64,000 bases of DNA from a virus (Duplodnaviria; Heunggongvirae; Uroviricota; Caudoviricetes): positions 20,510 to 84,509 of the IMG/VR virus record IMGVR_UViG_3300045963_000248, one strand, 5' to 3'. Positions within the stretch are counted from its first letter, which is position 1, and each line of letters starts with the position of its first letter. Shown in pieces: positions 8,822 through 18,296 of the stretch. The position numbers were made by a program, and so were the translations under genes. Under the pieces are notes generated by a model that had not been told where the DNA came from, made no database searches, and saw only the letters and a program-made list of their open reading frames with translations.

Positions 8822-8855
8822 TGCATAAAAAACCTTTACAATTAACAACTTATAG
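8822..8855 (+). promoter_or_regulatory. phage late-promoter motif copy 5
   Basis: TGCATA 8822..8827, N14, TTAACAACTTA 8842..8852, TAG 8853..8855. Confidence 0.55.
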
Positions 8856-8872
8856 TATAAAGTATAGTTGAG

Positions 8873-9517
8873 GTGACTGTGAAAACTTGTACAAAGTGCG
8901 GCATTGAAAAAGAATTAACGGTTGATAATTTTAAACCAAGAAAGAAGTCTAAAGATGGATTTAGAAATGATTGTAGAGTATGTTCTAATTTAAAACATGC
9001 GGAATGGACTATTGAGAATTTAGATAAAGCAAAAGCTAATCAAGCTAGATGGTATCAGAATAATAAAGAACATGCCAAAATAGTTCAAGATAAATATTAC
9101 CAAGACAATAAAGAAAAGAAATTAGCACAGCAAAAAATTTATCGCAAAAATAATAAAATAAAAATAGATTTGAAAAATAAAAACTGGGCAGATAAGAATC
9201 CTGCTAAAATAAAACAGTATAATAAAGAATTCGGACAAAGACATCCTGACAAAATTGCAGCAAAAACTGCAAAAAGACGAGCTGCTAAACTACAAGCCAC
9301 TCCTCCGTGGCTTACAGAAGAGCACTTAAAGCAAATTGAAGATTTATATACTGAGTCTAAACGACTAGAAGCTTTAGATGGGATTCCTCGTGAAGTTGAT
9401 CATATCATACCGTTATTAGGGGAGACTGTTAGAGGTTTACACGTGCCTTGGAATTTAAGAGTAATTACGGCTAAAGAAAACGGTAGTAAAAACAATAAGT
9501 TAATTCTAATAGATTAA
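8873..9517 (+). CDS. HNH endonuclease with N-terminal CxxC zinc ribbon (GTG start; alternative GTG at 8879)
   Basis: CTKC...CRVC ribbon, basic NK repeats, C-terminal AKLQATPPWLTEEHL...GIPREVDHIIPLLGETVRGLHVPWNL. Confidence 0.8.
   Translation: MTVKTCTKCGIEKELTVDNFKPRKKSKDGFRNDCRVCSNLKHAEWTIENLDKAKANQARWYQNNKEHAKIVQDKYYQDNKEKKLAQQKIYRKNNKIKIDLKNKNWADKNPAKIKQYNKEFGQRHPDKIAAKTAKRRAAKLQATPPWLTEEHLKQIEDLYTESKRLEALDGIPREVDHIIPLLGETVRGLHVPWNLRVITAKENGSKNNKLILID
9281..9460 (+). repeat. dispersed repeat (HNH C-terminal domain coding), copy 3 of 3
   Basis: ~75-80% nt identity to 1781..1960 and 8195..8375. Confidence 0.6.
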
Positions 9518-9520
9518 AAT

Positions 9521-9557
9521 TACGCAACTTTCATTAAATTTTAACAACTTAATATAG
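9521..9557 (+). promoter_or_regulatory. phage late-promoter motif copy 6 (capsid operon)
   Basis: TACGCA 9521..9526, N14, TTAACAACTTA 9541..9551, TAG 9555..9557; followed by 130-nt leader with CCUC-UUCG-GGGG stem-loop. Confidence 0.6.
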
Positions 9558-9691
9558 GATTGCCTCTTCGGGGGAATACTAGATTAGACGCACAGCAAGC
9601 TTTCTGCCCTGTAGCCATCCTATCACGTAAATACCAAAAAAGCAATACTAATTTATTAAACTTATTATTATTTTAAACAAAGGATTTTTTT

Positions 9692-10939
9692 ATGGCAAAC
9701 GTTGCCGCAGACCTAACCCGATTAAACGGGCTTGTTAAAGAAGTGTATGGAGATAGTGTTATTGAACTTATTCCAATACAATCTAAACTTCAATCAATCA
9801 TTAAATTCGCTGAGAGAAACAAAACTCCAGGGAACTTTTTCTCTCAACCTTTAGCTCTTCAATTAGAGCACGGTGTAACTTATGCAGATGGTGACGATGG
9901 AGCTTTCGCTCTTAACGACGCTATTTCTTCTGTAGTTAAACATGCAAGAGTACGCGGTTCTCAAATGCTTTTGAGATCAGTAATCGCTTACGAACTTCTT
10001 GCAGCAGCTAATACAAAAGACAACAGATCTTTTGAAAACGCTACAAAATATATCGTTCAAGCAATGGTAGATTCTATGTCTAAAAAACATGAAGTATCAT
10101 TAATGTACGGTGGTAACAACATCGGTATCGTTTCTGGAGCAGTAACTTCTGCAGTTTCGATCACTGACGCTGAATGGGCACCAGGTATCTATTCAGGTGC
10201 AAAAGATATGAAAGTTGACATCTTTGACTCTGCAAAATCAGTGTTAAGAGGAACTTTCGTAATTTCAGGTGTTGACTTCGACCTTAAAAAAATTACTATG
10301 ACAACTGACGCTGCTGCGGCTGGTGTTGTTGCTACAGACGTAATCCTTCCTGCTGGTGCATACCAAATCGGTGGATCTTCTGCTGGTAAAGAAATGGTAG
10401 GATTACACGAAATCCTAGCTAACACTGGTACACTTTTCGAAATTTCTGCTGCTCAGTATGAATTATGGAAAGGTAACGTGTATAACGCTGGTGGAGAATT
10501 AACTTTCGAAAAACTTATTAAAGCAATGGCTCGTCCGGCTGAAAAAGGTTTAGAAAAAGACGTTATCGCTATCGTTAACCCAAAAACTTGGTCATCTTTA
10601 ATGAAAGATCAAGCTGCTTTAAGAAGATTTGACTCTTCATACAGCACTAAGAAATTAGATAACGGTGCAATGGCTATCGAATTTTATTGTCAATCAGGTA
10701 AAATTGAAGTTCAATCTTCTATTTACTGTAAAGAAGCTTACGCTTATATCTTCAATGCTGAAGACATGAAACGTATTGGTTCTACAGACATCACTTTCCA
10801 ATTACCAGGATTACCAGATAATTTCTTAACTCAAGCTCCAAACAATGCTGGATATGAATTAAGATGTTACGTAAACTCTGCATTATTCTGTAGAGCGCCA
10901 GGTAAGACTTTATTGATTACGGGTATCACGCATCCATGA
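9692..10939 (+). CDS. major capsid protein
   Basis: 415 aa after scaffold; own promoter, long leader, strong terminator downstream; composition typical of a highly expressed structural protein. Confidence 0.65.
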   Translation: MANVAADLTRLNGLVKEVYGDSVIELIPIQSKLQSIIKFAERNKTPGNFFSQPLALQLEHGVTYADGDDGAFALNDAISSVVKHARVRGSQMLLRSVIAYELLAAANTKDNRSFENATKYIVQAMVDSMSKKHEVSLMYGGNNIGIVSGAVTSAVSITDAEWAPGIYSGAKDMKVDIFDSAKSVLRGTFVISGVDFDLKKITMTTDAAAAGVVATDVILPAGAYQIGGSSAGKEMVGLHEILANTGTLFEISAAQYELWKGNVYNAGGELTFEKLIKAMARPAEKGLEKDVIAIVNPKTWSSLMKDQAALRRFDSSYSTKKLDNGAMAIEFYCQSGKIEVQSSIYCKEAYAYIFNAEDMKRIGSTDITFQLPGLPDNFLTQAPNNAGYELRCYVNSALFCRAPGKTLLITGITHP

Positions 10940-10966
10940 TTTCAACTACTTAGCTAACTAAGTGTA

Positions 10967-10995
10967 GAAGGCGAGAATTTCTCGCCTTCTTTTTA
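10967..10995 (+). terminator. intrinsic terminator (GAAGGCGAG-AATTT-CTCGCCTTC + T5)
   Basis: 9-bp GC-rich stem 10967..10989, T-run 10990..10994, right after capsid gene. Confidence 0.7.
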
Positions 10996-11014
10996 ACCTT
11001 ATTAAGGATGATAT

Positions 11015-11530
11015 ATGATTAAATTTTTAATAAAATGTACAGAATGTCTAGAGGAGAAAAGTGAATCTGAATTTCATGGAGATCCTTTAAAAATTAATAG
11101 AAGAAGATCTAATTGTAAAAAGTGTGAGAATGCCAGGTGTGCTAGGTATTTTCAAAATAATAAAGAAAAGCGTAATGCTTATCAATTAGAGCGTCACCAT
11201 AAACGTAAACTAAGTGATCCTATGTATATTTTAAAACGTCGCTATAGGAATCGCCTTAAAAAAGTATTTCGCTACAAAGGCATTGTAAAAGTAACTTCCT
11301 CCATGGAATTCCTAGGATGTACCGCAGAAGAGTTTAAAGTTTATTTTGAAAGCTTATTTTCCCCCGAAATGAACTGGGATGCCGTTTACGCGGGAAAAAT
11401 CCATATCGACCATATTATCCCAATTTCCACCGCCAAAACAGAAGAAGAATTAGTAAAACTGTCACATTACACTAATTTACAACCTCTCTGGGCTGTTGAT
11501 AACTTGAAAAAAGGCTCCGGGGACATTTAG
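11015..11530 (+). CDS. HNH-family endonuclease-like protein with N-terminal Cys cluster
   Basis: CTEC...CKKC N-terminus; C-terminal HIDHIIPIS...N..PLW..DN motif. Confidence 0.55.
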   Translation: MIKFLIKCTECLEEKSESEFHGDPLKINRRRSNCKKCENARCARYFQNNKEKRNAYQLERHHKRKLSDPMYILKRRYRNRLKKVFRYKGIVKVTSSMEFLGCTAEEFKVYFESLFSPEMNWDAVYAGKIHIDHIIPISTAKTEEELVKLSHYTNLQPLWAVDNLKKGSGDI

Positions 11531-11539
11531 AAAACAAAA

Positions 11540-11575
11540 TACACACTTTACATCTATTTTTAACAACTTATATAG
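11540..11575 (+). promoter_or_regulatory. phage late-promoter motif copy 7 (ATG only 9 nt after TAG)
   Basis: TACACA 11540..11545, N14, TTAACAACTTA 11560..11570, TAG 11573..11575. Confidence 0.6.
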
Positions 11576-11584
11576 AGGTAAACC

Positions 11585-12052
11585 ATGTCTATAATTGTCA
11601 CAGTAAATAATATACCATTTAACTTACCTACAGAAGGTGAACCTGCTCCGTGGGGCGAGTCGCTTACAAATTACCTTGCTGAAGTTGCCGCTGTTTTAAA
11701 CTCTTTAAAAGGTGCTAACGACATTTTGGAAACTGGTGCAAACATTGCATTAAATCAAACTACTTTTGCCGATATTCAAGATTTTAAATTTAATCCAAAT
11801 ACAGTAAGATCTTTTATTGTTAACGGAAGTATTTCCCGAACTACAGACTCAGTAAAACAATATGAACAATTTACATTAACAGGATTACGCACCGACACAG
11901 ATTGGATACTATTCCAAGAAGGACTCGGGGATACAGGTGTAATTTTAGATATAACAAATGCCGGTCAGGTACAGTATAAATCTTCTACGATTTCCGGAAG
12001 TAATTATGCTGGTAAAATACTATTTAGAGGAATCGCAGTTGCACAAAGTTAA
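11585..12052 (+). CDS. structural protein (function unknown)
   Basis: 155 aa, first ORF of fibre operon. Confidence 0.45.
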   Translation: MSIIVTVNNIPFNLPTEGEPAPWGESLTNYLAEVAAVLNSLKGANDILETGANIALNQTTFADIQDFKFNPNTVRSFIVNGSISRTTDSVKQYEQFTLTGLRTDTDWILFQEGLGDTGVILDITNAGQVQYKSSTISGSNYAGKILFRGIAVAQS

Positions 12053-12081
12053 TTACGTTCTACAACAATTAGGGAGAGAAA

Positions 12082-15000
12082 ATGACTATTAAAACATTTA
12101 AGTATTTTGACGCAGGAATTGGATTTAAAGACCAAGCTGCAGACAACATCACGACAGAAGGCGTAATTTACAAAAACGGCAACTTTTTAAAATTATATAT
12201 TCAAGCAGCAGCGAGACAAATCGTAACAGATTCGCAAACGCAAACGCTTACAAATAAAACTTTTACTTCCCCCGTAATAAACTCGCCTACTGGTATTACA
12301 AAAGCAGACGTAGGACTCGGGAACGTAGATAATACTTCTGATGCTACAAAAAACGCAGCTACAGTTTCTTTAACAAATAAAACAATTGACGCAAGTTTAA
12401 ATACACTTTCAAATATTTCAAATGCAAGCATTGCAACTTCTGCAGCTATTGCATATTCAAAATTAGCAGCGCTTACCGCGTCACGAGCTTTAGTTTCTGA
12501 CGGAACTGGAGTAGTTTCTGTATCTACAGTAACAAGTACAGAATTAGGATTGCTATCCGGGAAAACTGGAGCACTAGTTACAACTAACGACACTGGTACT
12601 GTAACTTCAACAATGATTGCAGATAATAGTATTGTAAACGTAGATATAAATTCTGCTGCAGCAATTGCAAGAACAAAATTAGCTTCAGGAACAAATAATG
12701 CACTACAGGCAAACAATGGTTCTGGAGTTTTATCAGACATTACAGATATCACCGTAGGAACTAATAACTTCACTTTAGCAAATACAAAACACATCGAATT
12801 ACAGGCTGCTACAGATTCCACTACAACTGGTTCTAACGCTTCTTTAGCTGCGTTTACCGGTGGAGCCGTTCGCCTCACTAATGCTTCTTTGGTATCCTTA
12901 GCAAATATTCCCGCAGGTGCTAATGGGCAAGAATTAGTTATTTTTAATAGAACAGGTGTCGCAATTACAGTTGTCGATTCCTCTCTCGCTTCGGGAACTG
13001 CAGCTAATAGAATTTTCACAGGAACTTCTGCTACAATTACAATGGCAAAAGATGCTGCTTTAATTTTAAGTTACGATAGTACTTCTGCAAGATGGCAGGT
13101 AATCGGCGGAACAGGCGGCGGAAGCTCTGAATTACCATTCGATACTTTAGCGCAACAATCTTTTGAATCTGCAGTATTAACAGATTTTACACAAACTGGT
13201 TTAACTCTGGTTACAGCTAGTAACTTATTAATTAAAAATGCAAAAGCTGCACAATTAATTTCTGCGGGATCAACACAAAGTTTTAAACAGGTAATTCCTG
13301 TAGATAACGAATTCAAAGGTAAAAACCTCACATTGAATTTGTATACAAGATCTTCAGCTACACAAGGTAACGTTACAATATTGATTTTCGACGAAACTAA
13401 CGCTACAAATTTAGCCGCGTCTCAGCCAATTACGCTTGCATCGCAAGCCATTTCCGCAACAACAAATACGAATACAACACTTTCTGGACTTTCAGTTTCA
13501 GATGTTAACAAATTAAAAATTGGGCAAACTGTAACTGGTTCTGGTATTGCTACAGGAACGACAATTACTGCTTTTAGTTCTTCTGCGCTTACAGCTACAC
13601 TTTCCCAAGCTGCTTCCGCGAGTGCTACAGTTACTTTAAGAATTTCTGATTTACCGGCAAAACAATCTTTTACTTTTGACGTGCCAACTTCGTGTATCTC
13701 GCTAAGTTACACAATCTCAGCTTTAGCAGAAACAGGTTCGCCGGAATCATATTTTGACGATATCGCTATAAAATTAACTTCAACTGCTTTAAGTAGCACT
13801 AGTATTACAATTCCAAAAAATAACGACTACGACTGGGTGGATTCTGGATTAACTACTGCAAGTGCATTTCAAGGCTTTGGAACTCCCTCGGCAGTATCAA
13901 TTCAAAAAAGAAGAGTAGGGGATTCTTTATTTTTAAGAGGTTCTTTTACTATATCTACAATAACTTCTACTGAATATAGAATACCATTACCAGATTCACT
14001 ATTAATTAAAACTGGCTATGTTGCAGCTTCTCCTTTAGGTGATTTAACATTTAACGCAGCATTTGGAAATGGAAACAATTACTTTGTAGGATCTAGTGCT
14101 GCCGGAAATGGATATTTGAATATTTATATGCAATCTAATGCAGCGGCTTACGCAATTGTAAACACATCTACACCTATGCCAGTGGCTCCTTCTACTCTTT
14201 ACTTTACATCAGGACCAATTCCTATAGCAGGGTGGTCAGCAGTAGAAACAACCTCAACAACAATTCCGCTTACAACAGCGCAATTAGTTCAAACTCCTGA
14301 CTCAATGTTAAGACTTTCAGGGGGGTCAGCCACAGGTTCAGCTATTTGGACAGGATATACAGTAGTTGAAAACACCGGGTCTGCTTTTAAATTAAACTCA
14401 GCGACTGGACAAGTTACAGTTTTATTAGACGGTATCTATAATATCTCAGCTTCAGGTACAGCTTCTGCTGGTGGAGGAGCACAGATATTTGTAAACGGAC
14501 TTCAGTATGCTGGTTATGGATTCTCAACTGCTACTGGCGGAAATTTACCTTATACAGTTCCTGCTAACTTAAAAGCTAATGATATAATTTCAGTATCTAA
14601 CTCAACAGCTTCTGGAGCAGTTTCTAATGCCTTTTTAGAAGTATCCTACGCTGGCTCACTAAAACAACTGAATCCATCTTCAGATACAAAAATAACCATT
14701 CCTACTCATCAATTACGTTTTGAAGGTGCCTCTACTCGTGGAGCAGTAGCTACTCAGATTGTAAAATTTGATACACAGACAATTACTCAGGGCGATGCTT
14801 GGACAGTAGTTTCAGACTCTAATAATGGAACATATATTCAGCTTAAAAAAGCAGGTACTTTAGCTTTAACAGGTTCACTTAACCTTCCAGATCAGACATT
14901 ATACTTAACATTAAATCAAACTACTTTAACAGCAGCTCCTCTAGCTTCAGAGATATTATCATCTTCTGAAAACGTAGCAAGTAGAGTAAAAACAGCATCG

Positions 15001-16983
15001 GCTGTAATCCCAGTAAAAATAGGGGACATAGTTAGAGTTGCAGCATCTTCTGCGCCTAACTCTAATATTCAAAATAGTTTTATTCTTTCACTCACAGAAA
15101 CAAGCATCGCTGCTAACTTTTCAAACGTATTACCGCAATGGTCGCAGAGTGATTCTTCTGTACGTTTAAATACTGCCAATGGTTACGGATCGACGAATAC
15201 TAAAATTAGAAGATTTACAAATACTGTGGATAATTTAGGTACAGCAATTACTTACGCTGATTCAGCTACTTTAGGCGCAAGTTTTACAGTAAATGAAGAT
15301 GGTATTTATCACATTTCATACTCAGATATTTTCTCAACAGGGTCTAATTTGGGTATTTCAAAAAATTCTTCACAATTAACTACTCAAGTTAATGGAATAA
15401 CGGTAGCGGATAGATTAGATATTTCTACAACTTCTGCTGCGGATTTTTCAAATGTTGCTACTTGGCAAGGGAACTTAATTAAAAATGATGTAATAAGACC
15501 ACATACAAATGGAGTAAGCTCTGGTACACTTCCAGATCAAGCACAGTTCACAATCTCGAAAGTAGGTAAACCAAACCTATCTTCTGTAGATGTTACTAGT
15601 TTTGTGAACATGAAAACACAGGATGTGGAAGCAATCGAAGCTATGACAGCAAGTACGTCATGGGGAAGCACGAACACAGGCGTATTTATACCGAGCATCA
15701 CAAAGAACACTAATCTAGGTATAATTCAAGTTGTAAGTGATTCTGCAAATGGAGCTTATTTTAAAGCGTTAAAAGATTGTACACTTAATATTTCAGTAAC
15801 AAAAACAGGTACAGTCACTGGAACTCCAGCATTTGCAATTACGAGAAACGCTACACTATTAACAGCAGCGGCAGGATTTGACGGAATATTGGCAAACCAT
15901 ACATTCTCAGCAACAAGCAATATGTTCTTAACTATTGGAACTACGGTTAAGCTAGTTACAGGAGATCTGATAAGAGTACAAAGAAATGATACTTCGGTAA
16001 CAACGATGTCTTCATTATCCCTTACAGCTACCGCAGACAACAACGCCACAGCTTCACCAACTCAACAAGTATCTTCAGACACAATGAATTTTGTGTTTAA
16101 GAGTACTGCAATAGATCCTGCTGTAGATGCTATAGGGACGTTTAATACTTACACTTATGCTGCTTCAAGTAACACAGCCACAATAGCTGCAAGTGCTCCT
16201 ACTCAAACTACAAGCTCAATGAACGTGAATGGTATTCAAGTTTTCGCAAGAGCTTATAATGCAACTTCTACAAGTGCTTCTCCAGCAAGAGTAGATATTT
16301 TTGTTGGAAAAGGCTTAAAAAGTAAACAGGTAGACGCTTACGGAGCTTTGGCAAAAGCTTCAATGTTTAGTTATGATCGAGTACAAATAAATACTACTAG
16401 TGAATACGGAGCTGGTATTACATACAGTGAAGTAACTGGGATACTTACAATTGAGGGGGCAACAAACTTACTTACCACTTGCGTTAATAAGCAACTAGGA
16501 GCTGATGCAAGTTTTAATATCTACTCTTCAGGTTACTTTGTAATAAATGCTTCGAAATCTCCATCTCTAGTTACGATTCCCTCACAGCAAACAGTAGCAG
16601 CAAGTTACTGGTTAAGTGCCAGCTTCGCCGCAAGCACGACAATACCAATTAACTTTGACAGTATTGAGTTTGATACACACGGAGCTGCTACAACTTCTCC
16701 TACTGCTTGGAAATTCACGGCACCTAGTACAGGATTTTATACTACTGAAGTATTTGTCTCAGGTTCTGGAACTGCTCCTACTTTTAATATTTATAAAAAT
16801 GGAACGATTTATAAACCTATTTCCTTCCATGCAACTGGAAGTGTAGGGACAGGCTCTACAAATATTAAACTAGTAAAAGGAGACTTTATAGATATTCGAC
16901 CTTCTATAAGCAGTACTTTAGTAGGAGGATCTTTATCTACCACTCAAACTAGAATAAGTATTATTAAAGCTGGAGGATACTAA
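12082..16983 (+). CDS. giant tail fibre / receptor-binding protein (1633 aa)
   Basis: S/T/A/G/N-rich beta-rich composition; N-terminal LTNKTFTSPVINSPTGITKADVGLGNVDN domain shared with 25385..27622. Confidence 0.7.
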   Translation: MTIKTFKYFDAGIGFKDQAADNITTEGVIYKNGNFLKLYIQAAARQIVTDSQTQTLTNKTFTSPVINSPTGITKADVGLGNVDNTSDATKNAATVSLTNKTIDASLNTLSNISNASIATSAAIAYSKLAALTASRALVSDGTGVVSVSTVTSTELGLLSGKTGALVTTNDTGTVTSTMIADNSIVNVDINSAAAIARTKLASGTNNALQANNGSGVLSDITDITVGTNNFTLANTKHIELQAATDSTTTGSNASLAAFTGGAVRLTNASLVSLANIPAGANGQELVIFNRTGVAITVVDSSLASGTAANRIFTGTSATITMAKDAALILSYDSTSARWQVIGGTGGGSSELPFDTLAQQSFESAVLTDFTQTGLTLVTASNLLIKNAKAAQLISAGSTQSFKQVIPVDNEFKGKNLTLNLYTRSSATQGNVTILIFDETNATNLAASQPITLASQAISATTNTNTTLSGLSVSDVNKLKIGQTVTGSGIATGTTITAFSSSALTATLSQAASASATVTLRISDLPAKQSFTFDVPTSCISLSYTISALAETGSPESYFDDIAIKLTSTALSSTSITIPKNNDYDWVDSGLTTASAFQGFGTPSAVSIQKRRVGDSLFLRGSFTISTITSTEYRIPLPDSLLIKTGYVAASPLGDLTFNAAFGNGNNYFVGSSAAGNGYLNIYMQSNAAAYAIVNTSTPMPVAPSTLYFTSGPIPIAGWSAVETTSTTIPLTTAQLVQTPDSMLRLSGGSATGSAIWTGYTVVENTGSAFKLNSATGQVTVLLDGIYNISASGTASAGGGAQIFVNGLQYAGYGFSTATGGNLPYTVPANLKANDIISVSNSTASGAVSNAFLEVSYAGSLKQLNPSSDTKITIPTHQLRFEGASTRGAVATQIVKFDTQTITQGDAWTVVSDSNNGTYIQLKKAGTLALTGSLNLPDQTLYLTLNQTTLTAAPLASEILSSSENVASRVKTASAVIPVKIGDIVRVAASSAPNSNIQNSFILSLTETSIAANFSNVLPQWSQSDSSVRLNTANGYGSTNTKIRRFTNTVDNLGTAITYADSATLGASFTVNEDGIYHISYSDIFSTGSNLGISKNSSQLTTQVNGITVADRLDISTTSAADFSNVATWQGNLIKNDVIRPHTNGVSSGTLPDQAQFTISKVGKPNLSSVDVTSFVNMKTQDVEAIEAMTASTSWGSTNTGVFIPSITKNTNLGIIQVVSDSANGAYFKALKDCTLNISVTKTGTVTGTPAFAITRNATLLTAAAGFDGILANHTFSATSNMFLTIGTTVKLVTGDLIRVQRNDTSVTTMSSLSLTATADNNATASPTQQVSSDTMNFVFKSTAIDPAVDAIGTFNTYTYAASSNTATIAASAPTQTTSSMNVNGIQVFARAYNATSTSASPARVDIFVGKGLKSKQVDAYGALAKASMFSYDRVQINTTSEYGAGITYSEVTGILTIEGATNLLTTCVNKQLGADASFNIYSSGYFVINASKSPSLVTIPSQQTVAASYWLSASFAASTTIPINFDSIEFDTHGAATTSPTAWKFTAPSTGFYTTEVFVSGSGTAPTFNIYKNGTIYKPISFHATGSVGTGSTNIKLVKGDFIDIRPSISSTLVGGSLSTTQTRISIIKAGGY

Positions 16984-17378
16984 TGATTAGAATGACATTA
17001 ACTATGCCTTCAGGACAATTTGTATGGCGTGATTTTGAATCTCAAGAATTAGCAGATCAATACGTAGCAGAAGTTACTTTAGGACAAAATTGGGGACCAA
17101 AACAGCAAATAATTACACATGCTGAAATTCCAGCTATTCCGGCAATTCCCGGACATGGAATTGTTCCCGCAGAATTTGATTCTTTAGGAAATGAAATTTC
17201 TCCAATGCACCCAGCTACAGCAACTATTCCAGAAGTTCCGGCAATTCCTGCTTGGAACGAAATTATTCCCGGATTTACAGTAGAATTTACAGATGTTACA
17301 GTACAAGTTTTACAGGACGAAAAACAACAAAAAATAGCCGAATTGCAAGCTCAACTTGCTGCGCTACAAGGAAATTAA
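16983..17378 (+). CDS. hypothetical protein with IPAIPAIPG Pro-rich repeats
   Basis: ATGA overlap with upstream fibre gene. Confidence 0.45.
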   Translation: MIRMTLTMPSGQFVWRDFESQELADQYVAEVTLGQNWGPKQQIITHAEIPAIPAIPGHGIVPAEFDSLGNEISPMHPATATIPEVPAIPAWNEIIPGFTVEFTDVTVQVLQDEKQQKIAELQAQLAALQGN

Positions 17379-17798
17379 ATGTTAGAGTTAGCAGTATTAT
17401 TAAAATGTTTAAATATGTACTCACACAAAGCACACCACGTTGTTGCTAGAGCAGTATTTTTACAAGACCACGAATTCTTAGCTGAAATTTACAGTAAGGC
17501 AGATTCAGATTACGACAATGTAATTGAAAGATTTATTGGGCTGAACAGTACAGAAGCTTTAGACGAGCAATCTGTATTGTCGCAAGCTGTGCAGAAATGT
17601 GGAACTTACCCGCTAAAAGGCGTAAAGGAAAACAAAGATTTACTGGTATCTTGTCTAAAACAAATACAGGAAATTAACGGTAAAATTGAAGTGCTTTGCA
17701 AGGCTTCGGGAACGACTCAGGGAACTATACAAATGATTGGTGATATTGCTGATAAAAATGAAGTATTAATTTATAAACTTAAACAGAGAGTGCAATAA
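17379..17798 (+). CDS. hypothetical protein
   Basis: 139 aa, translationally coupled. Confidence 0.45.
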   Translation: MLELAVLLKCLNMYSHKAHHVVARAVFLQDHEFLAEIYSKADSDYDNVIERFIGLNSTEALDEQSVLSQAVQKCGTYPLKGVKENKDLLVSCLKQIQEINGKIEVLCKASGTTQGTIQMIGDIADKNEVLIYKLKQRVQ

Positions 17799-17986
17799 TG
17801 AGCTGGAAATACGCGAACGAAAAACGAAAAGAAGAAAAAGTCCTAAAAGGAGTAGATCCGCTTCCAAAAGCTCCAAAAATGGCAGATTTTTCTGAAAAAG
17901 TTCCCCCGATTTCTGAGGATGGAGCAATGCAGCCTAAGCCTAAGAAATTTGGTAAATTAATGTCATCTTTGAAAAAGTATGTTTGA
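17798..17986 (+). CDS. small basic hypothetical protein
   Basis: 62 aa, overlapping start/stop. Confidence 0.35.
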   Translation: MSWKYANEKRKEEKVLKGVDPLPKAPKMADFSEKVPPISEDGAMQPKPKKFGKLMSSLKKYV

Positions 17987-18242
17987 GAAATTAAAAGCTT
18001 GGGTACATAAAGGAAATTCTCTAGGGATACCATTTCCGGTGTTTAGGGACCCTTTATCAGGTCGTGGGAGTATTTCTGCAACTTTAGTATTTATTAGCTC
18101 AATTTGTGTAGTACTTAGCTTAGTTACAAAAATAATAGATCATTCTGGTAGTTTTTCATTTTTTATAGCATCCTGTTCATTATATTTTGGAAGAAAAGCC
18201 CAAACTAAAGCAGATTCGCTTCCAGACGACAAAACTACCTAA
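17979..18242 (+). CDS. small membrane protein
   Basis: two hydrophobic segments (ISATLVFISSICVVLSLV / FFIASCSLYF). Confidence 0.35.
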   Translation: MFEKLKAWVHKGNSLGIPFPVFRDPLSGRGSISATLVFISSICVVLSLVTKIIDHSGSFSFFIASCSLYFGRKAQTKADSLPDDKTT

Positions 18243-18272
18243 AAATCATTAAAATTTAACAACTTATTGTAG
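18236..18272 (+). promoter_or_regulatory. phage late-promoter motif copy 8
   Basis: TACCTA 18236..18241, N14, TTAACAACTTA 18256..18266, TAG 18270..18272. Confidence 0.55.
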
Positions 18273-18296
18273 CGTACAACGTGAAAACGGAATAAT

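Noticed and set aside
12201-13019. Long antisense ORFs inside fibre genes (also 13071..13331, 15756..16049, 21628..22053, 25825..26061, 27040..27459, 34121..34567, 39772..40239)
   Set aside because: They lie opposite Thr/Ser/Ala/Gly-rich sense codons, which keep the antisense frames open. They have no starts with RBS and no independent signals.
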